In this document: piece by piece, positions 39,801-55,200 of the stretch
How the letters are laid out: each line of letters starts with the position of its first letter
How positions within the stretch are numbered: position 1 is the first letter of the stretch
Source of the DNA: Eledone cirrhosa
Taxonomy: Eukaryota
Direction of reading: 5' to 3'
Assembly (NCBI GenBank): GCA_964016885.1
Contig: OZ024754.1
Span: forward strand, 19,778,001-19,842,000
DNA length: 64,000 nucleotides
The notes under the pieces: model-generated
What the model was told of the DNA's origin: nothing
Databases searched by the model: none
What the model saw: only the letters and a program-made list of their open reading frames with translations
Position numbers and translations under genes: made by a program

Positions 39801-42800
39801 CACTTGCCAGACATGTACAACTGTGGCTAAAATGACTCTTCCATGATATAGTTACTTTAGTTTCAACACAGTCTCAGATCAAGTCACTTGCCAGACATGT
39901 ACAACTGTTGCTAAAATGACTCTTCCATGATATAGTTACTTTAGTTTCAACACAATCTCAGATCAAGTCACTTGTCAGACATGTACAACTGTGGCTAAAA
40001 TGACTCTTCCATGATATAGTTACTTTAGTTTGAACACAGTCTTAGATCAAGTCACTTGCCAGACATGTACAACTGTGGCTAAAATAAGTCTTCCATGATA
40101 TAGTTACTTTAGTTTCAACAGAGTCTCAGATAAAGTCACTTGCCAGACATGTACAACTGTGGCTAAAATGACTGTTCCATGATATAGTTACTTTAGTTTC
40201 AACACAGTCTCAGATCAAGTCATTTGCCAGACATGTACAACTGTGACTAAATTGATTCTTCCATGATATAGTTACTTTAGTTTCAACACAGTCTCAGATC
40301 AAGTCACTTGCCAGACATGTACAACTGTTGCTAAAAGGACTCTTCCATGATATAGTTACTTTAGTTTCAACACAGACTTAGATCAAATCACTTGCCAGAC
40401 ATGTACAACTGTGGCTAAAATGACTCTTCCATGATATAGTTACTTTAGTTTCAACACAATCTCAGATCAAGTCACTTGCCAGACATGTGCATCTGTGGCT
40501 AGAATGACTCATCAATGATATAGTTACTTTAGTTTCAACACAATCTCAGATCAAGTCACTTGCCAGACATGTGCAACTGTGGCTAGAATGACTCATCAAT
40601 GATATAGTTACTTTAGTTTCAACACATTCACAGATCAAGTCACTTGCCAGACATATACAACTGTGGCTAAAATGACTATCCATGATATAGTTACTTTAGT
40701 TTCAACACAGTCACAGATCAAGACACTTACCAGACATGTAAAACTGTAGCTAACATGACTCTTCCATGATATAGTTACTTTAGTTTCAACACAGTCTCAG
40801 ATCAAGTCACTTGCCAGACATGTACAACTGTTGCTAAAAGGACTCTTCCATGATATAGTTACTTTAGTTTCAACACAGTCTTAGATCAAATCACTTGCCA
40901 GACATGTACAACTGTGGCTAAAATGACTCTTCCATGATATAGTTACTTCAGATTCAACACAGTCTCAGATCAAGTCACTTGCCAGACATGTACAACTGTG
41001 GGTAAAATGACTCTTCCATGATATAGTTACTTTAGTTTCAACACAGTCACAAATCAAGTCACTTACCATGGATGTACAACTGTGGCTAAAATGACTCTTC
41101 CATGATATAGTTACTTTAGTTTCAACACAGTCTCAGATCAAGTCACTTACCAGACATGTACAACTGTGGCTAAAATGACTCTTCCATGATATAGTTACTT
41201 TAGTTTCAACACAGTCTCAGATCAAGACACTTACCAGACATGTAAAACTGTAGCTAACATGACTCTTCCATGATATAGTTACTTTAGTTTCAACACAGTC
41301 TCAGATCAAGTGACTTTCCAGACATGTACAACTGTGGCTAAAATGAATCTTCCATGATATAGTTACTTTAGTTACAACACAATCTCAGATCAAGTCACTT
41401 GCCAGACATGTACAACTGTGGCTAAAATGACTCTTCCATGATATAGTTACTTTAGTTTCAGCACATTCACAGATCAAGTCATTTGCCAGACATGTACAAC
41501 TGTGGCTAAAATGACTATCCATGATATAGTTACTTTAGTTTCAACACAGACTCAGATCAAGTCACTTGCCAGACATGTACAACTGTTGCTAAAATGACTC
41601 TTGCATGATATAGTTACTTCAGATTCAACACAGTCTCAGATCAAGTCACTTGCCAGACATGTACAACTGTGGCTAAAATGACTCTACCATGATATAGTTA
41701 CTTTAGTTTCAACACAGTCACAGATCAAGTCACTTGCCAGACATGTACAAGTGTAGCAAAAATGACTCTTCAATGATATAGTTACTTTAGTTTCAACACA
41801 ATCTCAGATCAAGTCACTTGCCAGGGATGTACAACTGTGGCTAAAATGACTATCCATGATATAGTTACTTTAGCTTCAACACAGTCACAGATCAAGACAC
41901 TTACCAGACATGTAAAACTGTAGCTAACATGACTCTTCCATGATATAGTTACTTTAGTTTCAACACAGTCTCAGATCAAGTCACTTGCCAGACATGTACA
42001 ACTGTTGCTAAAATGACTCTTCCATGATATAGTTACTTTAGTTTGAACACAGTCTTAGATCAAGTCACTTGCCCGACATGTACAACTGTGGCTAAAATAA
42101 CTCTTCCATGATAAAGTTACTTTAGTTTCAACACAGTCACAGATCAAGTCACTTGCCAGACATGTACAACTGTGGCTAAAATGACTCTTCCATGATATAG
42201 TTACTTTAGTTTCAACACAGTCACAAATCAAGTCACTTACCATGGATGTACAACTGTGGCTAAAATGACTCTTTCATGATATAGTTACTTTAGTTTCAAC
42301 ACAGTCTCAGATCAAGTCACTTACCAGACATGTACAACTGTGGCTAAAATGACTCTTCCATGATATAGTTACTTTAGTTTCAACACAGTCTCAGATCAAG
42401 TCACTTGCCAGACATGTACAACTGTTGCTAAAATAACTCTTCCATGATATAGTTACTTTAGTTTCAACACAGTCTCAGATCAGGTCACTTGCCAGACATG
42501 TACAACTGTTGCTAAAATGACTCTTCCATGATATAGTTACTTTAGTTTCAACACAGTCTCAGATCAAGTCACTTGCCAGACATGTACAACTGCTGCTAAA
42601 GTAACTCTTCCATGATATAGTTACTTTAGTTTCAACACAGTCTCAGATCAAGTCACTTGCCAGACATGTAAAACTGTTGCTAAAATAACTCTTCCATGAT
42701 ATAGTTACTTTAGTCTCAACACAGTCTCAGATAAAGTCACTTGCCAGACATGTACAACTGTGGCTAAAATGACTGTTCCATGATATAGTTAGTTTAGTTT

Positions 42801-43899
42801 CAACACATTCACAGATCAAGTCACTTGCCAGACATGTACAACTGTGGCTAAAATGACTATCCATGATATAGTTACTTTAGTTTCAACACAGTCACAGATC
42901 AAGACACTTACCAGACATGTAAAACTGTAGCTAACATGACTCTTCCATGATATAGTTACTTTAGTTTCAACACAGTCTCAGATCAAGTGACTTTCCACAC
43001 ATGTACAACTGTGGCTAAAATGACTCTTCCATGATATAGTTACTTTAGTTTCAACACAACCTCAGATCAAGTCATCGTCAGACATCTACAACTGTGGCTA
43101 AAATGACTCTTCCATGATATAGTTACTTTAGTTTCAACACAGTCACAGATCAAGTCACTTGCCAGACATGTACAAGTGGAGCAAAAATGACTCTTCAATG
43201 ATATAGTTACTTTAGTTTCAACACAATCTCAGATCAAGTCACTTGCCAGGGATGTACAACTGTAACTAAAATGACTCTTCCATGATATAGTTACTTTAGT
43301 TTCAACACAGTCACAGATCAAGTCACTTGCCAGACATGTTCAACTGTGGCTAATATGACTCTTCCATGATATAGTTACTTTAGTTTCAACACAATCTAAG
43401 ATCAAGTCACTTGTCAGTCATGTGCAACTGTGGCTAAAATGACTCTTCCATGATATAGTTACTTTAGTTTCAACACAGTCTCAGATCAAGTCACTTGCCA
43501 GACATGTACAACTGTGGCTAAAATGACTCTTCCATGATATAGTTACTTTAGTCCGGACACAGTCTCAGATCAAGTCACTTGACAGACATGTACAACTGTG
43601 GCTAACATGACTCTTCCATGATATAGTTACTTTAGTTTGAACACAGTCTTAGATCAAGTCACTTACCAGACATGTACAAAAGAGGCTAAAATGACTCTTC
43701 CATGATATAATTACTTTAGTTTCACCACAGTCACAGATCAAGTCACTTGCCAGACATGTACAACTGTAGCTAAAATGACTCTTCCATGATATAGTTACTT
43801 TAGTTTCAACACATTCAAAGATCAAGTCACTTGCCAGACATGTACAACTGTGGCTAAAATGACTCTTCCATGATACAGTTACTTTAGTTTCAACACAGT

Positions 43900-46800
43900 C
43901 TCAGAGCAAGTGACTTGCCAGACATGTACCACTGTGGTTAAAATGACTCTTCCATGATATAGTTACTTTAGTTTCACCACAGTCACAGATCAAGTCACTT
44001 GCCATACATGTACAACTGTGGCTAAAATGACTCTTCCATGATATAGTTACTTTAGTTTCACCACAGTCACAGATCAAGTGACTTGCCAGACATGTACAAC
44101 TGTGGCTAAAATGACTCTTCCATGATATAGTTACTTTAGTTTCAACACAGTCTCAGATCAAGTCACTTGCCAGACATGTACAACTGTAGCTAAAATGAAT
44201 CTTCCATGATATATTACTTTAGTTTCAACACAGTCTCAGATCAAGTCACTTGTCAGTCATGTACACCTGTGGCTAAAATGACTCTTCCATGATATATTTA
44301 CTTTAGTTTGAACAGATGTCTTAGATCAACTCACTTGCCAGACATGTACAACTGTGGCTAAAATAACTCTTCCATGATATAGTTACTTTAGTTTCAACAC
44401 AGTCTCAGATAAAGTCACTTGCCAGACATGTACAACTGTGGCTAAAATGACTCTTCCATGATATAGTTACTTTCGTTTCAACACAGTCTCAGATAAAGTC
44501 ACTTGCCAGACATGTACAACTGTGGCTAAAATAACTCTTCCATGATATAGTTACTTTAGTTTCAACACAGTCTCAGATAAAGTCACTTGCCAGACATGTA
44601 CAACTGTGGCTAAAATAACTCTTCGATGATATAGTTACTTTAGTTTCAACACAGTCTCAGATAAAGTCACTTGCCAGACATGTACAACTGTGGCTAAAAT
44701 AACTCTTCCATGATATAGTTACTTTCGTTTCAACACAGTCTCAGATCAAGTCACTTGCCAGACATGTACAACTGTGACTAAATTGATTCTTCCATGATAT
44801 AGTTACTTTAGTTTCAACACAATCTCAGATCAAGTCACTTACCATACATGTACGACTGTGGCTAGAATGACTCTTCCATGATATAGTTACTTTAGTTTCA
44901 ACACAGTCACAGATCAAGACAGTTACCAGACATGTAAAACTGTAGCTAACATGACTCTTCCATGATATAGTTACTTTAGTTTCAACACAGTCTCAGATCA
45001 AGTCACTTGTCAGACATGTACAACAGTGGCTAAAATGACTCTTCCATGATATAGTTACTTTTGTTTGAACACAGTCTTAGATCAAGTCACTTGCCCGACA
45101 TGTACAACTGTGGCTAAAATAACTCTTCCATGATAAAGTTACTTTAGTTTCAACACAGTCACAGATCAAGTCACTTGCCAGACATGTACAACTGTGGCTA
45201 AAATCGCTCTTCCATGATATAGTTACTTTAGTTTCAACACAGTCTCAGATCAAGTCACTTGCCACACATGTACAACTGTGGCTAAAATGACTCTTCCATG
45301 ATATAGTTATTTCAGATTCAAGACGGTCTCAGATCAGGTCACTTGCCAGACATGTACAACTGTGGCTAAAATGACTTTTCCATGATATAGTTACTTTAGT
45401 CTCAACACAGTCACAAATCAAGTCACTTACCAGGGATGTACACCTGTGGCTAAAATGATTCTTTCATGATATAGTTACTTTAGTTTCAACACAGTCTCAG
45501 ATCAAGTCACTTGCCAGACATGTACAACTGTGACTAAAATGACTCTTCCATGATATAGTTACTTTAGTTTCAACACAGTCTCAGATCAAGTCACTTGCCA
45601 GACATGTACCACTGTTGCTAAAATGACTCTTCCATGATATAGTTACTTTAGTTTCAACACATTCACAGATCAAGTCACTTGCCAGACATGTACAACAGTG
45701 GCTAAAATGACTATCCATGATATAGTTACTTTAGTTTCAACACAACCTCAGATCAAGTTACTTGCCAGACATCTACAGCTGTCGCTAAAATGACTCTACC
45801 ATGATATAGTTACTTTAGTTTCAACACAGTCTTAGATCAAGTCACTGACCAGACATGTACAACTGTGGCTAAAATGACTCTTCCATGATATAGTTACTTT
45901 AGTTTCAACACATTCACAGATCAAGTCACTTGCCAGACATGTACAACTGTGGCTAAAATGACTCTTCCATGATATAGTTACTTTAGTTTGAACACAGTCT
46001 TAGATCAAGTCACTTGCCATACATGTACAACCGTGGCTAAAATAACTCTTCCATGATATAGTTACTTTAGTTTCAACACAGTCTCAGATAAAGTCACTTG
46101 CCAGACATCTACAACTGTGGCTAAAATGACTCTTCCATGATATAGTTACTTTAGTTTCAACACAGTCTCAGAACAAGTCACTTGCCAGACATGTACAACT
46201 GTAGCTAAAATGACTCTTCCATGATATAGTTACTTTAGTTTCAACACAATCTCAGATCAAGTCACTTACCATACATGTACAACTGTGGCTAGAATGACTC
46301 TTCCATGATATAGTTACTTTAGTTTCAACACAATCTCAGATCAAGTCACTTGCCAGACATGTGCAACTGTGGCTAGAATGACTCTTCAATGATATAGTTA
46401 CTTTAGTTTCAACACAATCTCAGATCAAGTCACTTGCCAGACATCTACAACTGGGGCTAAAATGACTCTTCCATGATACAGTTACTTTAGTTTGAACACA
46501 GTCTTAGATCAAGTCACTGACCAGACATGTACAACTGTGGATAAAATGACTCTTCCATGATATAGTTACTTTAGTTTCAACACATTCACAGATCAAGTCA
46601 CTTGCCAGACATGTACAACTGTGGCTAAATTGACTATGCATGACATAGTTACTTTAGTTTCAACACAGTCTTAGATCAAGTCACTGACCAGACATGTACA
46701 ACTGTGGCTAAAATGACTCTTCCATGATATAGTTACTTTAGTTTCAACACGTTCACAGATCAAGTCACTTGCCAGACATGTACAACTGTGGCTAAAATGA

Positions 46801-49800
46801 CTATCCATGATATAGTTACCTTAGTTTCAACACAGTAACAAATCAAGACACTTACCAGACATGTAAAACTGTAGCTAAAATGACTCTTCCGTGATATAGT
46901 TACTTTAGTTTCAACACAATCTCAGATCTAGTCACTTGCCAGACATGTACAACTGTGGCTAAAATGACTCTTCCATGATATAGTTACTTTAGTTTCAACA
47001 CAGTCTCAGATCAAGTCACTTGCCAGACATGTACAACTTTTGCTAAAATGACTCTTCCATGATATAGTTACTTTAGTTTCAACACATTCACAGATCAAGT
47101 CACTTGCCAGACATGTACAACAGTGGCTAAAATGACTATCCATGATATAGTTACTTTAGTTTCAACACAACCTCAGATCAAGTTACTTGCCAGACATCTA
47201 CAACTGTGGCTAAAATGACTCTTCCATGATATAGTTACTTTAGTTTCAACACATTCACAGATCAAGTCACTTGCCAGACATGTACAACTGTGGCTAAAAT
47301 GACTATCAATGATATAGTTACCTTAGTTTCAACACAGTCACAGATCAAGACACTTACCAGACATGTAAAACTGTAGCTAACATGACTCTTCCATGATATA
47401 GTTACTTTAGTTTCAACACAGTCTCAGATCAAGTTACTTGTCAGACATGTACAACTGTGGCTAAAATGACTCTTCCATGATATAGTTACTTTAGTTTGAA
47501 CACAGTCTTAGATCAAGTCACTTGCCAGACATGTACAACCGTGGCTAAAATAACTCTTCCATGATATAGTTACTTTAGTTTCAACACAGTCTCAGATAAA
47601 GTCACTTGCCAGACATCTACAACTGTGGCTAAAATGACTCTTCCATGATATAGTTACTTTAGTTTCAACACAGTCTCAGATCAAGTCACTTGCCAGACAT
47701 GTACAACTGTAGCTAAAATGACTCTTCCATGATATAGTTACTTTAGTTTCAACACAATCTCAGATCAAGTCACTTACCATACATGTACAACTGTGGCTAG
47801 AATGACTCTTCCATGATATAGTTACTTTAGTTTCAACACAATCTCAGATCAAGTCACTTGCGAGACATGTGCAACTGTGGCTAGAATGACTCTTCAATGA
47901 TATAGTTACTTTAGTTTCAACACAATCTCAGATCAAGTCACTTGCCAGACATCTACAACTGGGGCTAAAATGACTCTTCCATGATACAGTTACTTTAGTT
48001 TGAACACAGTCTTAGATCAAGTCACTGACCAGACATGTACAACTGTGGATAAAATGACTCTTCCATGATATAGTTACTTTAGTTTCAACACATTCACAGA
48101 TCAAGTCACTTGCCAGACATGTACAACTGTGGCTAAAATGACTATCCATGATATAGTTACCTTAGTTTCAACACAGTCACAAATCAAGACACTTACCAGA
48201 CATGTAAAACTGTAGCTAAAATGACTCTTCCATGATATAGTTACTTTAGTTTCAACACAATCTCAGATCAAGTCACTTACCATACATGTACAACTGTGGC
48301 TAGCATGACTCTTCCATGATATAGTTACTTTAGTTTGAACACAGTCTTAGATCAAGTCACTTAACAGACATGTACAACTGTGGCTAAAATGACTCTTCCA
48401 TGATATAGTTACTTTAGTTTGAACACAGTCTTAGAGCAACTCACTTGCCAGACATGTACAACTGGGGCTAAAATAACTCTTCCATGATATAGTTACTTTA
48501 GTTTCAACACAGTCTCAGATAAAGTCACTTGACAGACATGTACAACTGTGGCTAAAATAACTCTTCGATGATATAGTTACTTTAGTTTCAACACAGTCTT
48601 AGATAAAGTCACTTGCCAGACATGTACAACTGTGGCTAAAATAACTCTTCCATGATATAGTTACTTTCGTTTCAACACAGTCTCAGATCAAGTCACTTGC
48701 CAGACATGTACAACTGTGACTAAATTGATTCTTCCATGATATAGTTACCTTAGTTTCAACACAATCTCAGATCAAGTCACTTACCATACATGTACGACTG
48801 TGGCTAGAATGACTCTTCCATGATATAGTTACTTTAGTTTCAACACAGTCACAGATCAAGACAGTTACCAGACATGTAAAACTGTAGCTAACATGACTCT
48901 CCCATGATATAGTTACTTTAGTTTCAACACAGTCTCAGATCAAGTCACTTGTCAGACATGTACAACAGTGGCTAAAATGACTCTTCCATAATATAGTTAC
49001 TTTAGTTTGAACACAGTCACAAATCAAGTCACTTACCAGGGATGTACAACTGTGGCTAAAATGATTCTTTCATGATATAGTTACTTTAGTTTCAACACAG
49101 TCTCAGATCAAGTCACTTGCCAGACATGTACAACTGTGACTAAAATGACTCTTCCATGATATAGTTACTTTAGTTTCAACACAGTTTCAGATCAAGTCAC
49201 TTGCCAGACATGTACAACTGTTGCTAAAATGACTCTTCCATGATATAGTTATTTCAGATTCAAGACGGTCTCAGATCAAGTCACTTGCCAGACATGTACA
49301 ACTGTGGCTAAAATGACTTTTCCATGATATAGTTACTTTAGTTTCAACACAGTCACAAATCAAGTCACTTACCAGGGATGTACAACTGTGGCTAAAATGA
49401 TTCTTTCGTGATATAGTTACTTTAGTTTCAACACAGTCTCAGATCAAGTCACTTGCCAGACATGTACAACTGTGACTAAAATGACTCTTCCATGATATAG
49501 TTACTTTAGTTTCAACACAGTCTCAGATCAAGTCACTTGCCAGACATGTACAACTGTTGCTAAAATGACTCTTCCATGATATAGTTACTTTAGTTTCAAC
49601 ACATTCACAGATCAAGTCACTTGCCAGACATGTACAACAGTGGCTAAAATGACTATCCATGATATAGTTACTTTAGTTTCAACACAACCTCAGATCAAGT
49701 TACTTGCCAGACATCTACAACTGTGGCTACAATGACTCTACCATGATATAGTTACTTTAGTTTCAACACAGTCTTAGATCAAGTCACTGACCAGACATGT

Positions 49801-51250
49801 ACAACTGTGGCTAAAATGACTCTTCCATGATATAGTTACTTTAGTTTCAACACATTCACAGATCAAGTCACTTGCCAGACATGTACAACTGTGGCTAAAA
49901 TGACTATCAATGATATAGTTACCTTAGTTTCAACACAGTCACATATCAAGACACTTACCAGACATGTAAAACTGTAGCTAACATGACTCTTCCATGATAT
50001 AGTTACTTTAGTTTCAACACAGTCTCAGATCAAGTTACTTGTCAGACATGTACAACTGTGGCTAAAATGACTCTTCCATGATATAGTTACTTTAGTTTGA
50101 ACACAGTCTCAGATAAAGTCACTTGCCAGACATCTACAACTGTGGCTAAAATGACTCTTCCATGATATAGTTACTTTAGTTTCAACACACTCTCAGATCA
50201 AGTCACTTGCCAGACATGTACAACTGTAGCTAAAATGACTCTTCCATGATATAGTTACTTTAGTTTCAACACAATCTCAGATAAAGTCACTTACCATACA
50301 TGTACAACTGTGGCTAGAATGACTCTTCCATGATATAGTTACTTTAGTTTCAACACAATCTCAGATCAAGTCACTTGCGAGACATGTGCAACTGTGGCTA
50401 GAATGACTCTTCAATGATATAGTTACTTTAGTTTCAACACAATCTCAGATCAAGTCACTTACCATACATGTACAACTGTGGCTAGAATGACTCTTCCATG
50501 ATATAGTTACCTTAGTTTCAACACAGTCACAGATCAAGACACTTACCAGACATGTAAAACTGTAGCTAACATGACTCTTCCATGATATATTTACTTTAGT
50601 TTCAACACAGTCTCAGATCAAGTCACTTGTCAGACATGTACGACTGTGGCTAAAATGACTCTTCCATGATATAGTTACTTTAGTTTGAACACTGTCTTAG
50701 ATCAAGTCACTTGCCAGACATGTGCAACTGTGGCTAAAATGACTCTTCCATGATATAGTTACTTTAGTTTCAACACATTCACAGATCAGGTCACTTGCCA
50801 GACATGTACAACTGTGGCTAAAATGACTATCCATGATATAGTTACTTTAGTTTCAACACAGTCACAGATCATGACACTTACCAGACATGTAAAACTGTAG
50901 CTAACATGACTCTTCCATGATATAGTTACTTTAGCTTGAACACAGTCTTAGATCAAGTCACTTGCCAGACATGTACATCTGTGGCTAAAATAACTCTTCC
51001 ATGATATAGTTACTTTAGTTTCAACACAGTCTCAGATAAAGTCACTTGCCAGACATCTACAACTGTGGCTAAAATGACTCTTCCATGATATAGTTACTTT
51101 AGTTTCAACACAGTCTCAGATCAAGTCACTTGCCAGACATGTACAACTGTGGCTGAAATGACTCTTCCATGATATAGTTACTTTAGTTTCAACACAATCT
51201 CAGATCAAGTCACTTACCATACATGTACAACTGTGGCTAGAATGACTCTT
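43900..51250. repeat. Older, more diverged copy of the block found at about 51.9-56.4 kb and continuing at 60.5-63.8 kb
   Basis: Shared rare markers: AAATCGCT 45201/53253 (offset 8052), TTAACAGACA 48361/60523, ATGACACTTA about 50871/63453. Offsets drift by whole monomers along the block, and the boundaries are approximate. Confidence 0.8.
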
Positions 51251-52266
51251 CCATGATATAGTTACTTTAGTTTCAACACGTTCACAGATCAAGTCACTTG
51301 CCAGACATGTACAACTGTGGCTAAACTGATTATCCATGATATAGTTACCTTAGTTTCAACACAGTAACAAATCAAGACACTTACCAGACATGTAAAACTG
51401 TAGCTAAAATGACTCTTCCGTGATATAGTTACTTTAGTTTCAACACAATCTCAGATCTAGTCACTTGCCAGACATGTACAACTGTGGCTAAAATGACTCT
51501 TCCATGATATAGTTACTTTAGTTCCAACACAGTCTCAGATCAAGTCACTTGCCAGACATGTACAACTTTTGCTAAAATGACTCTTCCATGATATAGTTAC
51601 TTTAGTTTCAACACATTCACAGATCAAGTGACTTGCCAGACATGTACAACAGTGGCTAAAATGACTATCCATGATATAGTTACTTTAGTTTCAACACAAC
51701 CTCAGATCAAGTTACTTGCCAGACATCTACAACTGTGGCTAAAATGACTCTACCATGATATAGTTACTTTAGTTTCAACACAGTCTTAGATCAAGTCACT
51801 GACCAGACATGTACAACTGTGGCTAATATGACTCTTCCATGATATAGTTACTTTAGTTTCAACACATTCACAGATCAAGTCACTTGCCAGACATGTACCA
51901 CTGTGGTTAAAATGACTCTTCCATGATATAGTTACTTTAGTTTCACCACAGTCACAGATCAAGTCACTTGCCATACATGTACAACTGTGGCTAAAATGAC
52001 TCTTCCATGATATAGTTACTTTAGTTTCACCACAGTCACAGATCAAGTGACTTGCCAGACATGTACAACTGTGGCTAAAATGACTCTTCCATGATATAGT
52101 TACTTTAGTTTCAACACAGTCTCAGATCAAGTCACTTGCCAGACATGTACAACTGTAGCTAAAATGAATCTTCCATGATATAGTACTTTAGTTTCAACAC
52201 AGTCTCAGATCAAGTCACTTGTCAGTCATGTACAACTGTGGCTAAAATGACTCTTCCATGATATAT

Positions 52267-55200
52267 TTACTTTAGTTTGAACACAGTCTTAGATCAACTC
52301 ACTTGCCAGACATGTACAACTGTGGCTAAAATAACTCTTCCATGATATAGTTACTTTAGTTTCAACACAGTCTCAGATAAAGTCACTTGCCAGACATGTA
52401 CAACTGTGGCTAAAATGACTCTTCCATGATATAGTTACTTTCGTTTCAACACAGTCTCAGATAAAGTCACTTGCCAGACATGTACAACTGTGGCTAAAAT
52501 AACTCTTCCATGATATAGTTACTTTAGTTTCAACACAGTCTCAGATAAAGTCATTTGCCAGACATGTACAACTGTGGCTAAAATAACTCTTCCATGATAT
52601 AGTTACTTTAGTTTCAACACAGTCTCAGATAAAGTCACTTGCCAGACATGTACAACTGTGGCTAAAATAACTCTTCGATGATATAGTTACTTTAGTTTCA
52701 ACACAGTCTCAGATAAAGTCACTTGCCAGACATGTACAACTGTGGCTAAAATAACTCTTCCATGATATAGTTACTTTCGTTTCAACACAGTCTCAGATCA
52801 AGTCACTTGCCAGACATGTACAACTGTGACTAAATTGATTCTTCCATGATATAGTTACTTTAGTTTCAACACAATCTCAGATCAAGTCACTTACCATACA
52901 TGTACGACTGTGGCTAGAATGACTCTTCCATGATATAGTTACTTTAGTTTCAACACAGTCACAGATCAAGACAGTTACCAGACATGTAAAACTGAAGCTA
53001 ACATGACTCTTCCATGATATAGTTACTTTAGTTTCAACACAGTCTCAGATCAAGTCACTTGTCAGACATGTACAACAGTGGCTAAAATGACTCTTCCATG
53101 ATATAGTTACTTTTGTTTGAACACAGTCTTAGATCAAGTCACTTGCCCGACATGTACAACTGTGGCTAAAATAACTCTTCCATGATAAAGTTACTTTAGT
53201 TTCAACACAGTCACAGATCAAGTCACTTGCCAGACATGTACAACTGTGGCTAAAATCGCTCTTCCATGATATAGTTACTTTAGTTTCAACACAGTCTCAG
53301 ATCAAGTCACTTGCCACACATGTACAACTGTGGCTAAAATGACTCTTCCATGATATAGTTATTTCAGATTCAAGACGGTCTCAGATCAAGTCACTTGCCA
53401 GACATGTACAACTGTGGCTAAAATGACTTTTCCATGATATAGTTACTTTAGTCTCAACACAGTCACAAATCAAGTCACTTACCAGGGATGTACAACTGTG
53501 GCTAAAATGATTCTTTCATGATATAGTTACTTTAGTTTCAACACAGTCTCAGATCAAGTCACTTGCCAGACATGTACAACTGTGACTAAAATGACTCTTC
53601 CATGATATAGTTACTTTAGTTTCAACACAGTCTCAGATCAAGTCACTTGCCAGACATGTACCACTGTTGCTAAAATGACTCTTCCATGATATAGTTACTT
53701 TAGTTTCAACACATTCACAGATCAAGTCACTTGCCAGACATGTACAACAGTGGCTAAAATGACTATCCATGATATAGTTACTTTAGTTTCAACACAACCT
53801 CAGATCAAGTTACTTGCCAGACATCTACAACTGTCGCTAAAATGACTCTACCATGATATAGTTACTTTAGTTTCAACACAGTCTTAGATCAAGTCACTGA
53901 CCAGACATGTACAACTGTGGCTAAAATGACTCTTCCATGATATAGTTACTTTAGTTTCAACACATTCACAGATCAAGTCACTTGCCAGACATGTACAACT
54001 GTGGCTAAAATGACTCTTCCCTGATATAGTTACTTTAGTTTGAACCCAGTCTTAGATCAAGTCACTTGCCAGACATGTACAACCGTGGCTAAAATAACTC
54101 TTCCATGATATAGTTACTTTAGTTTCAACACAGTCTCAGATAAAGTCACTTGCCAGACATCTACAACTGTGGCTAAAATGACTCTTCCATGATATAGTTA
54201 CTTTAGTTTCAACACAGTCTCAGAACAAGTCACTTGCCAGACATGTACAACTGTAGCTAAAATGACTCTTCCATGATATAGTTACTTTAGTTTCAACACA
54301 ATCTCAGATCAAGTCACTTACCATACATGTACAACTGTGGCTAGAATGACTCTTCCATGATATAGTTACTTTAGTTTCAACACAATCTCAGATCAAGTCA
54401 CTTGCCAGACATGTGCAACTGTGGCTAGAATGACTCTTCAATGATATAGTTACTTTAGTTTCAACACAATCTCAGATCAAGTCACTTGCCAGACATCTAC
54501 AACTGGGGCTAAAATGACTCTTCCATGATACAGTTACTTTAGTTTGAACACAGTCTTAGATCAAGTCACTGACCAGACATGTACAACTGTGGATAAAATG
54601 ACTCTTCCATGATATAGTTACTTTAGTTTCAACACATTCACAGATCAAGTCACTTGCCAGACATGTACAACTGTGGCTAAATTGACTATCCATGACATAG
54701 TTACTTTAGTTTCAACACAGTCTTAGATCAAGTCACTGACCAGACATGTACAACTGTGGCTAAAATGACTCTTCCATGATATAGTTACTTTAGTTTCAAC
54801 ACGTTCACAGATCAAGTCACTTGCCAGACATGTACAACTGTGGCTAAAATGACTATCCATGATATAGTTACCTTAGTTTCAACACAGTAACAAATCAAGA
54901 CACTTACCAGACATGTAAAACTGTAGCTAAAATGACTCTTCCGTGATATAGTTACTTTAGTTTCAACACAATCTCAGATCTAGTCACTTGCCAGACATGT
55001 ACAACTGTGGCTAAAATGACTCTTCCATGATATAGTTACTTTAGTTTCAACACAGTCTCAGATCAAGTCACTTGCCAGACATGTACAACTTTTGCTAAAA
55101 TGACTCTTCCATGATATAGTTACTTTAGTTTCAACACATTCACAGATCAAGTCACTTGCCAGACATGTACAACAGTGGCTAAAATGAGTATCCATGATAT

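Noticed and set aside
42055-42243. 62-aa minus-strand ORF
   Set aside because: Same satellite-translation artefact.
51786-52046. 86-aa minus-strand ORF
   Set aside because: Same satellite-translation artefact.
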